Of a DNA stretch of 64,000 nt, positions 1 to 12,060 are shown one piece after another (the first letter of the stretch is position 1; each line of letters begins with the position of its first letter). Below the pieces are notes generated by a model that saw nothing but the letters and a program-made list of their open reading frames with translations, ran no database searches and was not told the DNA's origin. Both the position numbers and the translations under genes were made by a program. The stretch is from Gracilinanus agilis (Eukaryota). The stretch is from the NCBI RefSeq assembly GCF_016433145.1, contig NC_058131.1, forward strand, positions 232,317,395-232,381,394, given 5' to 3'.

Positions 1-70
1 AAGGGGAGGGGAAAGGGGGAGGGACGGGGGAAGGGGCGGGGCCGGGGCATAGAGGGGGCGGGGCCTCGAC
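1..70. promoter_or_regulatory. G-rich GC-box cluster / G-quadruplex-capable stretch, probably the promoter of the downstream neighbour (KHK by synteny)
   Basis: Two GGGGCGGGGC boxes and many G3-G5 runs; the KHK assignment is inferred only from human gene order. Confidence 0.45.
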
Positions 71-445
71 CGCCTTGGTTTGGGTAGGTGGTGAGGGAAT
101 ACAGCCGCATGGTGGAATGGGTGCTCGACTTCCCTGGGAAAAGTCCCAGGATTCCCGGAGAGGGAGTGGGTATGAGAGCCTAAGGTCAGGGGCGCCTGAG
201 GCTGTGCTGGGCATTCCGGGAGATGTCTTTCCTATGGGGCAGCCGAGGACCTAGTAAACGCAGGCGACCAGACCGGCTTGGGGAGGGTGGAAAGTGGGGC
301 CAAGCTCCCCACCCTCACCCGGTAAAGGCAGACACGCCCCCTGCTGCAGCCCGCCCTCCCCCCACTGCCGGCCAGTCCGAGGCTCAGCTTTCTTGGGTTG
401 TCCGGAGGCCCCTCGAGCCCTGCAGTGCGGCACTAGGGCCGCTTT

Positions 446-783
446 TTAGTTGCCTTCATAATTTGGGTGTTCGTAGAGCAGGGTTCCGCTGAAGAGCGTC
501 AGCGGCTCCTCCGAGTGTGCCAGCTGCCCAGACACCAGATCAATGCAGACCGTGTCTCCAGCCAACAGGGGTAGGATCAGACTGAAGACTCCCAAGGCAC
601 CCGAACTGGGCTGACTCTCCACCACGGGCTTATTTTCGAGCCCCTCAGGTTCATAGCCCCCTGAGTCGATGCGGGCTATGCCCTGGTTGGAGCGAGACAA
701 CACGGCCTCCACCTTTTCGTGACGGTGCCCAGTGAGCACAGCGCTCAACAAATAGCGACCAGCTTGGGGCGCGGTGAATATGC
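446..783 (-). CDS. EMILIN1: EMILIN-1 exon 8 (gC1q domain, stop)
   Basis: taaccag|GC ATA TTC; GIFTAPQAGRYLLSAVLTGHRHEKVEAVL...LLYEHPNYEGN, TAA at 448-446; total CDS 3030 nt = 1009 aa. Confidence 0.97.
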
Positions 784-1002
784 CTGGTTAGAGGCAAGAA
801 AGACTTTAGTCAGAAAGGTTAAGAGTATCAAATGGGACAAGAAAACAGATAACAGCCCAGATGGGGGAAAACAAAAGTTCAGGACTTCAGGGGTCAATAT
901 TTATCAAGTTCCTCGTATTCCCAGGCTGCCACAACCAACTCAAATCAACAAACGCCCCTTCCTTACCCAAGTATTACCTCCCTCCCCTCATCTTTCCCTT
1001 AC

Positions 1003-1140
1003 CAGTCTCTGGGTCATAACAGCCTCCATCGTTGAGTAAGACCTTATCAAAAGGAATTGTGCCTGGTTCTGTACGGGGTGAACTCAGTGCGGCTGAGAAA
1101 GACACTCGAGGTAGAGGAACTGCAGCTGCTCCTTCCATAC
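1003..1140 (-). CDS. EMILIN1: EMILIN-1 exon 7 (start of gC1q domain)
   Basis: GMEGAAAVPLPRVSFSAALSSPRTEPGTIPFDKVLLNDGGCYDPET; ctctag acceptor, gtaag donor; 138 nt. Confidence 0.96.
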
Positions 1141-1257
1141 CTAGAGGTGGGCATAGGTAAAATGTTCACTACAGGATTAAAATACTGATTTCATACCCAT
1201 TATCACTCTGTTCTGCTCTATCAGTTCAAATTTTTTAACTTTAAAAAAATTTTTTTT

Positions 1258-1432
1258 AAACCCTTAACTTCTGTGTATTGGCTGCAAGGCAGAAGAGTGG
1301 CAAGGGTGGGCAATGGGGGTCAAGTGACTTGCCCAGGGTCACACAGCTGGGAAGTGTCTGAGGCCGGATTTGAACCTAGGACCTCCCGTTTCTAGGCCTG
1401 ACTCTCGATCCACTGAGCTACCCAGCTGCCTC
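1258..1432 (-). mobile_element. SINE1_Mdo-type CORE-SINE, young
   Basis: Near-consensus ggcagctgggtagctcagtggatcgagagtcaggcctagaaacggg...aagttaagggttt. Confidence 0.92.
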
Positions 1433-1563
1433 TTTGCACCCTTCTACTCCATCAAATGCCAATTCTATTTTAGCCCTTCCCTTAGTTTCTATTCCCCATT
1501 CAAGCTCCTCCTGAATGACTTACTGTAGAAAAGAATAAGCTGCTTCATTTCAAGGATACATAC

Positions 1564-1581
1564 CTTGTTCACCTGGGAGAC
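1564..1581 (-). CDS. EMILIN1: EMILIN-1 exon 6 (18-nt collagen microexon)
   Basis: ctcctgcag|GT CTC CCA GGT GAA CAA G|gtatgt = GLPGEQ; keeps the Gly-X-Y register. Confidence 0.92.
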
Positions 1582-3134
1582 CTGCAGGAGAAGGAGATGC
1601 ATTAGTTAGGGCACTACAGCATAAGTTCATTTAGTCAACAAAAAGCAAATACCTACTTACTACTAGCCTAAGCAGAATAACTGAAGAGAGGAAGGGGCCC
1701 CAGTTCTCTCCTTTTCAGATGGAAAACTACTAATCCTCCATCTTTTAACTCTCTTGAATCTTTCCTACCATTATAACCTTACTCATTAACTAGTTACACA
1801 CTTCAAGCTGGGATCTATGATTTTTTTCAGTGTTGGTGCTGCAAATTCTCTGACTTATAAAAATGTCTTCTTCTCTAGGACAGGGGCAATTTTTATTTAG
1901 CATAGTGCCAGGAGCTTCAATAAGCCTTTGTTGAATGAATAACATAATAGAATGGAAGTAACTAATAAATTCATCAGTATTTGGCCAAGGCAGTAAAAAC
2001 CTCTTCAAATCAGCTAGGTTAATTTTTTTTTTTTTAAATCTTACCTTCCATCTTGGAGTCAATACTAAGTATTGGTCATACAGCTAGGAAGTGTCTGAGG
2101 CCAGATTTGAACCAGAACTTCCTATCTCTAGGCATGGCTCTCACTCCACTGAGCCACTCAGCTGCCCCCTAGGTTGATCCTTAAACAACAGACATGAGCA
2201 GTCCTGCACCAAACTCACTAAAATATCTTCAACTTTACAGCATTTGTCAGAGCTTTGTTCTACTGGTAGTACAAAATTATAAACAATAGGTAGAAGTTGC
2301 AAAGAGGCAAATTTATGCTGATGTCAGGAAAAACTTCCTATTGATTAGAATGGTTCTCCTTTCAGTGGAAGTCTTCAAGCTGAGATTGGATGACAACTTG
2401 TTAGGAAAGTTAGAGTAGGGATGGCCTTTTCTGTCAGGTTTGGAATAGATTGCTGCTGAGGTCCTTTCAACTTTCAAAGCCTATGATTCTGTGAAGCTCA
2501 GATAGGTTAAGTAACTTGTTCATTGTCACCTAGTTAATATGTGGCAAGAGCATGTGAACGGTCAGTCATAAGTTCCAATTCAGTGTTCTTTCAGTTTTAC
2601 CATGCTGAATCAGAGCATCCAAGTCAATGAATACCTGAAGCATGAATTCCCTGACAAATAGGACATTCAAACCTGGTTTTGAAGACTTACAATAAAAATT
2701 ATCAATCAACAAATATTAAGCTCACCCCTTAAAATGCATATATTTAAAATAAGAGGTACGTATATGACCCATGTAGAATAGAAAGGACCTCCTGGGTTCA
2801 AATCTTGGACATTTCCTAGCTGTGTGACCCTATGCAAGTCACCAATACACAGTCTTGATTCTAAGCTGGAAGGTAAGGGTTTAAAAAAAATAGAAAGGAA
2901 CCTGCTGCCTTTGGAAGCTGCCCTACTTTAGGGTTCTAGTTGGAGGTTTCCCTCTTGTGAGCCAAAATCTACCTCTCTAATTTTTACCCTTTCTTCCTAG
3001 TTCTGAGGCAAAACATTAGAATGCATAGAAATAGCCTCAGCCATTGAATTTTCTTCTCTGCTACATAGTAGTAAGCTAGAAAAATTATAGGTTCAGTGCT
3101 AGGTTCAACCAGTTTTGAATTAACTACCATATAC

Positions 3135-3251
3135 CTGGTGGTCCAATGGGTCCTTCTTTGCCATCTTTGCCTGGTGGTCCAGGGGGTCCCATAGGGCCTG
3201 GAGGCCCCTGCTTTCCCACAGGACCTGGTGGCCCAATCTCCCCTGCTGGAC
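3135..3251 (-). CDS. EMILIN1: EMILIN-1 exon 5 (collagen Gly-X-Y)
   Basis: [39 protein letters not shown]; acceptor tttttacag, donor gtatat; 117 nt. Confidence 0.96.
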
Positions 3252-3559
3252 CTGTAAAAATGAAACTAGAGTGAAGTGAAGCAGTGGGAGAGGCTTCGAA
3301 GGAGGTAAGAGTCAGAGAGACAAGGGCTGAGAAGTGGGTAGAAGGCAGCCTAGGGGGGAGACAGAACAGTCATAGCCTATCAGGCTAAGGAGTATGTGAT
3401 GGGGATCTCTATCTTAATTAGGGATGTTCAACCTGCATTTTTCTAGTCTATACAGGTCAAAGATGGCACATGAGCCGATTTTCAGGGGCATGTGGACTAG
3501 CTAATTTGACTGTCTACTACTGCAATCCTACTGTGTCACTAATTCTGCTGTGAGAGGTG

Positions 3560-4935
3560 ATTCAAGGTTATCACCTTTTACTGTGATCCCCATCCCTCTT
3601 ACCCTGCTTGTGCCTTTGATTCTATTCCAGCGAATCTCTTCTTGGTCCTTGCTCCTTTAATTATCCTTCTACAATCCTCAATCCTTCTTTGTATATCTAC
3701 TCCTCTGCTGCCCACAGATATGTCCAGATTTCCTCCATCCTTAACCTTCAACAAACTTCCATGGTAGACTCCTATATATTGTCTCCTCCATGGCTAAATT
3801 CCTGGGGGGGGGGAACCTTAATTTATTTACTTTCTCTCCTTCCATTTACTTCTCGATTACTTAAAATTTGATTTTGGTCACCCCCACTCACACATACATA
3901 GATGGAACGTGCTCCAAGATGACCATTAATCTCCAAGTTGCTAACCCCCATAAGTCTCTGCTCAATTTTAATTTATCTCACCTCTCTGCAGTACTTGACA
4001 TTGCTGAATACACCTCTCTTCTTGAATCCTCTCCTTCCTGGTTTTTTATATTTTCTGTTTTCCTGATGGACCACCCCTTTTAAATTTCCTTTGCTGGATA
4101 TTAACCCACATACTTCTCCCTTCGCCTGGGGTATATCTACTACTGGACCCTTTTGAAGACTGTCTCTATACTCTCTTGGCGAACGAATCAACTCCCATGG
4201 ATTTAACTGTCTCTATGCAGATGACTCCAAAATCCCAATCCTAAATCACAATCTGCCTTCTGGACACATTCAACTACTCATCCTATAGATGTCACATACT
4301 CAAACATGTCCATAATGTAACATTCTCTTGCTAAGCCTATTACCTTCTCTTCATTCACATAGCTGCTACCATAGCAATTCATCTCCCAAAATGACTACTT
4401 TCTTCTCCAATCCATCCCCCACCCAGCTACCAAACTGATATTCTTAAAAGTCCTGTCATTCCCTTGTTCAATTAGTTTCATGGACTCATTTTTGCTTCTA
4501 GGATAAAATACTCTCTTCAGTTCCAAATGTAAAGCCCCTCACAATCTGGCTCCTTACCTCTTAGTCCAGACTACTTTTATCTTGCTTGCCCTTCCTATCT
4601 CCCACCCTTCAGGGTCCAGACCATTTGGGCTCCTTGATGTTCACTATAATGTTTTAATCTTTTATCTGCAGAGACATAGGCTGTCCAAACACTTGTAATA
4701 CAGTCCCTCTCCTCACCACCTCTTGGATTCCCTTCCAAGGCTCAGCTCAGGTGCCATCTTCTACATGAAACCTTTCCTGATGGCCCCCAAAGTTACTTTG
4801 TCTATTTTTTGCATTTGCTAGTGTTCACATTGTTTTCTCCCCCTCAAATGGAAGTTCCTTAGGGAAAGGGATTTTGTTTTTATCTTTATAGTGTCTGGCA
4901 TCTGGGAGGCACAATAAATGTTGATAAATTGAAGG
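3560..4935 (+). mobile_element. L2 LINE 3' relic in EMILIN1 intron 4
   Basis: Pyrimidine-rich L2-like body ending aataaatgttgataaattgaa. Confidence 0.7.
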
Positions 4936-5130
4936 GAATGCCTGATGGAGAGAGGCTGGGACCCTGGCACATCACTTCTGTGGGGCAGCGGGTTCTAGGG
5001 GAGTGGAAGGAGTCAGAAATCACTCTTGGGCCTTAGGGAATAGGAGTAGTTGAGAGATGAATGAGGCAAACACAAGGGACCCCCCAGACAGTCACATCCT
5101 CTCCCCATTCCTCTCTCAAAGGATTCTTAC

Positions 5131-7041
5131 CAGAGATATCAGTTTGGCTAAGCTGATGCAGCTGATCTTCCAAGAGAAGCAGAGAGCTGTTGAGGGCTCC
5201 CAGCCTCCGGCCTAGGCCAGCTTGGCCACCTAGCAGCTTCTCCAGCAAGGCAGCTTGGTTTTGACTGGTACTGTTGGTTTCCCGTAATCCAGCCCAGAGC
5301 CCAGCCACGTGATTCGAAAGCCCCTCTCGAAGTCCCCGAAGTCCTCCGGCCACAGTGTCTAGTCGCTCACATATGCTTTCAATCCGGGTCAGCCTTCCTT
5401 CAAGATTTGGGCACTGTCTGACTTGAGTTTGCCCTTCTTCTAGAATTCGAAGCCTTTCTTCACTCTCTGTAGCATGCTCTGTGGCCTCTTGTTGTAGTCG
5501 ATTTATCTCAGAGATGATCCGATCCTTAGTGACCCCCAAATCAGCCAGGTCTGCCCCCTGGCCTTCCACGGTTGTCTGTAGCTCCCTCACGGAGTCATTG
5601 AGGGAACTGTAGGTGAGAATGACTTCTGAGAGTTCCCCTTGCATTGCCCGAAGGGCTGCACCTGAACTGCCTCCAAAAACACTGAACCCATCCAATGGGC
5701 CACGCCCAGGCCCCCCTACTCCTGAATTGCTTCCAGGATCTCCTGGGGGCAACAAAGGGCAGGAGCAATGCTCTACTCCTTCCCTTAACTTATCTAACTC
5801 CTCTTGAAGTACCCCACAGCCCTGGCAGTCTTCTCCTCTAGCCTGCATCCTTTCTTCCAACTGGGTCAGCCTTCCATTTGTATGGTTCAAGTGATGTAGC
5901 AAATCCCCAGGGCCTTCACTTTGCATACCCAGCTGATCCCTCATCCGCCCCAGTTCTCCCTCCAGTCCATCCAGAGCTGCCTGTAAAGCTTCTCCAGCCA
6001 CCCCCATCTTATGCAAGCTGGACCCCACCAGCCGCAGTTGGCCCTCATTGTCCAGGATCCTGCGCTCCAGGTCACTGAGGATGGCACTGATTTGTGAATC
6101 TTGGGTCCCTGGGTAAACAGCACAGAGCTGCCCACATGCCTGCACAGCTCCCTCTACCCGCTCCTCTAGCACATGGAGTCGGGAGTCTAATTCCTGGCTC
6201 AAGTTGGCCAGTCTCCTTTCCAGCCTAGTGAGCTGCCCCTTGGCTCCCTGAAACCAGTGGCCCAAGCCTCCAGGGCTGGTGTGGTCACCTTCTGCCCTCT
6301 CAGATGAGCCTAAGGTAGAATTGAACTGATCTTCCAGCCATGACAGGCGACTGGCTAGACTAGTATAGCCAGGGGGATGCCCCCCCTGCCCAGCTGCACC
6401 TTCTAGCTCTCCCCCTCTCCGACCACTCAGAACATGCACAGAGCCGGCCACCACATCCAGCCGACGTTCCACATCCCCCAACCTCTGGCCTAGCTCAGGA
6501 GCACAGCATCCCAGAGGCGGCACCCAGTTCCCGGACAGCCGCTGGTGCAGCTCCTCCCTAGCTTCCCTCTGTTGTTGCTCTACTGAACCAAGGAGTTTCT
6601 CTAACTCATGGAGGCGTTCCTGGTCCTCCTGGTGTTTCCTTCGGAAGTCATCCAATCCATCCATGCAACTGGAGCAGGATTCCTGCAGCCTCTGCTCCAT
6701 CTCCTGAAACCACTTCTCTGCTGGTGATGAGCTGGCCTGGTTAGGATGCAAAGAGTCACCTCCATTTTGGAAGAGACCCAGTTCCCTATCATGGCTGGAG
6801 ACACGATTACCCAGTAGCTGCAGCTGGTTCTGGATCTCATTGAGGGTCTCTTGCACCCCAGGCTGGGCAGCTGCATCGGCTGGTGTCCTTCTTCCATTAA
6901 ATGCTGTCTCCACAGCCCTTTGAACATCCTCAGTCAAGCGCCCACTCAAGCCCTGCAGGGTGCTCTGAAGCCCTTGAAGATCCTTTGACATGCTTTGTAC
7001 TTTCTCCTCTAGTTGCTTCAACCTTTCAGAGTCCCCAAGAC
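5131..7041 (-). CDS. EMILIN1: EMILIN-1 exon 4 (long coiled-coil region)
   Basis: 1911-nt open exon inside ORF 5033-7021; acceptor ttttctag|GT CTT, donor TCT G|gtaag; heptad-rich sequence matching human EMILIN1. Confidence 0.98.
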
Positions 7042-8238
7042 CTAGAAAAGGGGTTAGAGAGGGGATTATAACCAGACAGGCTAGAGAAGAAAATCTGTGA
7101 TTCTAATTTTGACTTTCTTTTGGATGAATATAGATTCCTCATTGATCAGCTAGGTGGCTCAGTAGCTCACCTCTGTTTGCCTAATCCACTGGAGAAGGAA
7201 ATAGCAAACTACTCTAGTATCTTTGCCAAGAAACCCCATATGGGGCTGTCTTCCAGAAATAGAAAAAAAACAAAGGCAGGTATTTCATAGAAGGCATATT
7301 GATTTGTTTTCCTTAAGACAGGTAAGGCGTACATCAAAAAGTTGGTAATTTACAATAACAACAATACTGTATAATGATCAACTGTGGGTGAGTTAGCTAT
7401 TCTCAGTAATACAGTGATCTAAAACAATTCCAAAGGATTGATGATGAAAAATGCCATACATCTCCAGAGAAAGAACTGATGGAGTCTAAATGTGGATCAA
7501 AGCATATTTTTAAAAAACTTTTTTTTTTTTAGTATGTGTGCTTTCACGACATGACTAATATGGAAAGGTTTTCCATTATTGCACATGTATAAGCTATATC
7601 AAATTACTTGCTTTCTCATTTAGGGAGAAGGGAGGGAGGGAGAGAATTTGGAATTCAAAAAAAATTTTAAGACACTAAATTGTTTTTACAAGTAATTAGA
7701 AAAATTAATGTATATATATGCATATATATATATATAAAGAAAGTTGATAATCAATAATAATTATTCCCAGGAAAGGAAATAAAGCCCATCCTGAGGGGAC
7801 CAGCATGCATTTGGAGAAGGGCTCAAAGCACAGAATATCATGCAACCTAAGGTCTCCAAAGGTCATATTGTATACCTCATAGTCTGTCAACTTGGGTTCA
7901 TACAAGGTTTTAGAGTCTTTGTGGACCAACTCACTAGAGTCGGTAAGCTATTAACATCTTTCTATGGACTTCTTGTAAGAAAGCTATTCTTACTTTAGGG
8001 GTCACCTATGTCATCCACAAGGGGCCCTGGCCAAGTGTTTGCTGGTTAGCAAGAGATGAAATAGGCATATCCATCCCCACAGATCCAGAGTGAGTGCTCT
8101 GTTGAATTTCTCCACCACCCACCAACTAAAGAGAAATTGTTTTACCTTCCTGGCTTAGAGTACCTCTCTGGCCAGCAGGTACAAACATACAATTCCAAAC
8201 TAATATACATAGTTGCTTGCTGCTGGGATTTGTGGGGC

Positions 8239-8240
<2 letters not shown>

Positions 8241-8278
<38 letters not shown>
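8241..8278. repeat. (GT)19 microsatellite in EMILIN1 intron 3
   Basis: Perfect dinucleotide run. Confidence 0.98.
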
Positions 8279-8280
<2 letters not shown>

Positions 8281-8439
8281 TAAACAATCTTTGAGGAAGC
8301 CTATTGCCCATCAGGCTCATTTTATGCCCCCCCCCTTTTCTGTTTTCAGGATTATTAGTCCCGTCTCCAGTCATCTGCGCCCACATTATTCAACTAGGCC
8401 TACTCTATCTTCTTTACCCCTCTTATTCTTGGTACATAC

Positions 8440-8654
8440 CTTCTCCTCCAAGCCCACTCAGGTAACTTCCAGCACTGGACCCTGAGAGATTGGGACGGGC
8501 TAGATGGGGCCGAGGATAGGGAGTGGTAGTACCCAGGGCTGGAGCTGGCCCCTCACTACAGTCCTCACCCCCAAAACCTTGGCAGCACCTCCATTCCATG
8601 TCCGTCACTGTTTTATAGGCTACTCTATATCGAGGGCGGAGGAAGCTTCGATAC
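8440..8654 (-). CDS. EMILIN1: EMILIN-1 exon 3 (EMI domain end)
   Basis: YRSFLRPRYRVAYKTVTDMEWRCCQG...SGLGGE; acceptor ctttag, donor G|gtatg; 215 nt. Confidence 0.97.
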
Positions 8655-8727
8655 CTAAAGAGATGGTAAATTGGGATAAAAGAAACATTTGACATATAAA
8701 CTATCTTATTATCATTAGTCCCTTTTT

Positions 8728-8895
8728 TAAAAAAAAAGGTTCCAAGGTAGAAAAATGGTAAGGGCTAGGCAATGGGGGTTAAGTGACTTACCCAGGGTCA
8801 CATAGCTAGGAAGTATCTGAGGCCACATTAAAACCTAGGACCTCTTATCTCTAGACCTGGCTCTTGATCCCACTGAGTCACCCAGCTATCCCCTC
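8728..8895 (-). mobile_element. SINE1_Mdo-type SINE
   Basis: Same family as 1258-1432. Confidence 0.88.
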
Positions 8896-9435
8896 CCCCA
8901 TTAATCTTTTTATGAGAATATGCTTTGCTTTTTGAGGAGAGTTGATTCCGTTTTACACATTTTTGAATGTGGGAGCACATAGCACAGGATCTTGCTTAAT
9001 AAACATTTGCTATTGATAATGATCCATGTCCTTGCTGCTACACTTATTTTCTTAAACTAACAAGCTTGTGGGGAAGTTCTGACATAGTCTCCAGGTTATT
9101 TCTGACTCTCTTCTAAAGAGATAATCCTGGGCCTATGAGCCTTACCAGCCCTTCACTGGTTTTTCCCTCCTATCCTCTGTCTGGTTCAGCCCCAGATCTG
9201 GTCTCACAAAACAGAAAGCAGCACAAGGGGGCAGCAAGATGTCCCTGAGTGGGTTCTTAGCTTAGTCTGTCCAGCTTATATTTCCAACTCACCACTGACT
9301 CTAAATGGCTCTGACCTCCACTTCCAAGCTCAGGCTCATATCACTTCCTTGGCCTTGAGTGAAATTCCCTGTTTTTGCCATTTTGGTCTGGTCTCCCACC
9401 CCCAGTCTTCATTTTCCTGGGCCTAGACAACTCAC

Positions 9436-9561
9436 GTGATAGTTCGGGGACACTGGGGCTGGGCCCAGCCACAGGCCTGGTAGTCAGGTTTGACAAAGGT
9501 CTCCACCCCGTCTTCTAGTACACAGCTCACTGTCCGAGTGACCACGTAGGCACACCAGTTC
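9436..9561 (-). CDS. EMILIN1: EMILIN-1 exon 2 (EMI domain)
   Basis: tgcag|G AAC TGG TGT; NWCAYVVTRTVSCVLEDGVETFVKPDYQACGWAQPQCPRTI; donor AC|gtgag; 126 nt, phase 2-2. Confidence 0.97.
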
Positions 9562-11001
9562 CTGCAGGCATAACCATCAGGGCTTTAGCTCTGGGAGAAA
9601 GACCCCAGGGAGAAGGCAGAAGGATGGAGCTACAGAGGCAGAGCCTTATCCATTGGGCTCTCTCCCCATGCCTTCTAGATCTATAATTGGGCATTGAATC
9701 CAAATTTTTTTAGAATGGGAAAGCATAGAGTAGGAAAAGTTGGTATCTCCTGATATCCAGAAACTATTCCTAATACAGATGGTAACACAGAGAAAGTGGG
9801 GAGATGGAAGGGTTTGCTTATGAATATATATCCATATGTGCAGCCATGTGTCTGGGAGTCTGTGGGTTTGTATATAAATCCTCATGAGCAAAGAATTATA
9901 AATGGAACCATTTAATTTAAGAGCTTAATGTATTTATTACCTCAAAAGAACTATTAATGTCAGAATGTGTACATGGGCTTATATCTGTATTTTCTCTATG
10001 TGACTTTGTGTTTATGCGAGATCTGTCCTACCGGATATTGCCCTAAGACCTTCAGGGGAAAAGGGTAAGGGCCTTTCCCTTTTTCTGCTGGTCCAAGCCC
10101 AGGACAGATAAGGATAATGGGGGCATTCACTAGTGGTTGTTCACTACTCCCTTTCCCACCCCCACCCCCCAACCCTTCCAGTTCTCAGTAGTCCTACATT
10201 CCTGACCCCCCATCTATGCAGGACCTCTGATCCACTGTGGCAGGATAGAGTCGGGGTCAGGAGGAGAGCAAAGGGCAGCAGGGAGAATAGGGTCAGTTAC
10301 GGATTAAGGAATGGGGGCAATTGAGTCACTGAAAAGGGACAAAAAAGGAAAAATGAACTCTGGAGCTATTCCTCCTAGCCTGGGCCTCTCTGCCCTCCTA
10401 AGGGCAGTGAGCAGCCTTTCTCAGAGAATGTAGAGCCCCTGTTGCCCAGGACCTGTGGGTAGGCCCTGGGTGGGCTGGCACCCAGAGGCTAGAGAACAGC
10501 AAGGAGAATGTCCCAGTAGCATAGAGCCTCTGGAAGCAACCCAGCCTGATAAGGTCCCAGAGCAGAAAACCCTTGGTAGAGAGCTAAGGAGCCACCCCTT
10601 CTGTGTTTCCTTCAACCAATTCAAGCAGGTTTATTTCTATTGTGAATTTTTAAAAATATTTTTTATTTTTCCTAATTACATTTGTTTCTTAAGATTTTGA
10701 GTTCAGATTCTCTCCTTGCCTCCCTCCCTTCCCCCCACCTTTCAAATCAAGTGGTTTGATATAGATTACGCATGTACTGGTTAAACCAGAAACTTTATAA
10801 ACAAGGCAGGCAAGAATAGGTGAAGGTCAATGAATGCATGGAGTGGTGTGGATATGAAGTTTTTGCCCCACCCCTCACCGGGCCCAAGGCTCAGTTTCAT
10901 TTCTCTGGGGAGAAAGTGATAGTGGTGGTGGTGGTATTGGAAAAGTTGGGGGAAAGGGACTTGGGGAGTGGATGGGGCTGGGGGTCAATAGGGCCTCTTA
11001 C

Positions 11002-11168
11002 CTGTGGCGACTAGCTGGGCGATGGACACTCTGAGCCTGGGGCCCCCCAGGACTGAGGGAACGGGCCCCAGTGTAGAGGCTGTAGCCCCGAGATGGGTAG
11101 CTCGCAGCCCAGGCTGCCCCAGCCAGCAAGCAACAGAGGCAACAGCTCCAGAGTGAGGTGGGGGCCAT
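11002..11168 (-). CDS. EMILIN1: EMILIN-1 coding exon 1 (signal peptide, start of EMI domain)
   Basis: ATG at 11168-11166 gives MAPTSLWSCCLCCLLAGAAWAASYPSRGYSLYTGARSLSPGGPQAQSVHRPASRHR; donor AG|gtaag; matches the human EMILIN1 N-terminus. Confidence 0.96.
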
Positions 11169-12060
11169 GCTGGGGAAGGCTCCACTCTGTGCCCAGCCTC
11201 AGCTGCACATCCCAGCCCAGCTGGCCACCTCTGCCTCAGTCCCAGGGGGATCCTGACGCTCCTCAGGAAAGAGCTCCCTCCAGAAGGACAGAGAACCCCT
11301 GTCCCCCCCTTCCCCACCCTGGTTTCCTGCCTGCTAGAAGTTTTTACAGAACCTCACGCCCCCTCCTTATCCTCTCCCTATCCTGATCTTCCCCCCCCCC
11401 CCTCTTTCTGTTCCTTCCTCTCTTCTTTCCGCTCTGCTCCGCTCAGCTCTGCTCTGCTCTGCTCCGCTTCTCTTCAGAGGAGAGTTCTCGTAGCACCTAG
11501 TCCCTCAGTTCTTCCTTACCTATCTGGGTCTGTCTCCTCAAGCCCCCCTCCCTGGTCCCCTCACAGTTCTCTCCTTGCTCCCCACCCTTCTGGATTTCCC
11601 TGCCACCTTCTTTGCTTCATCCCTTGCTCACTGGTTCCTCTGGGATGATGAGGCTGTGCCCCTGTGGCGGCTCTGAGTGAGGGTGGCGGTGTGGGGCGGG
11701 CCCTGGCCTCCCTGCTTCTCTCCTTCCCCTCCCCCCTAGTCTGGCTGGAGGTCCAGCCTACCACCCCCCAACCCCCCCTTCCAGCAGCTCCACATCTGCT
11801 TCTTGTTAACGCCGGGAAGGAGAAAAAAAAAGGGGGGGACAGAGAAATGTGGAGTTGCCGCCGGGCAGGGGGCCAGCCGCTCAGACAGGGCCATATGGAG
11901 CCAGGGCCAGAGCTGGGGCGGGAGAAACCTGGGGCCAGCCACTCAGATAGGGAGTCAGAGCAGTGGTGGCAGCAGCAGAAGCAAGAACTATTCTGGGGAT
12001 TGACTCTGGGACCAGGGAGTGGGGGTGGGGCAGGGATACCTGAAGAAGTGGAAAAGGGGA
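11169..12060 (-). promoter_or_regulatory. EMILIN1: EMILIN1 5' UTR / proximal promoter region
   Basis: GC-rich, TATA-less, directly upstream of the ATG, with GC boxes and a (GCTCY)n repeat; TSS not determinable. Confidence 0.6.
11428..11467. repeat. Degenerate pentamer repeat (GCTCY)~8
   Basis: ccgctctgctccgctcagctctgctctgctctgctccgc. Confidence 0.85.

Noticed and set aside
223-492. Plus-strand 89-aa ORF over the EMILIN1 3' end
   Set aside because: Low-complexity sequence with no family resemblance
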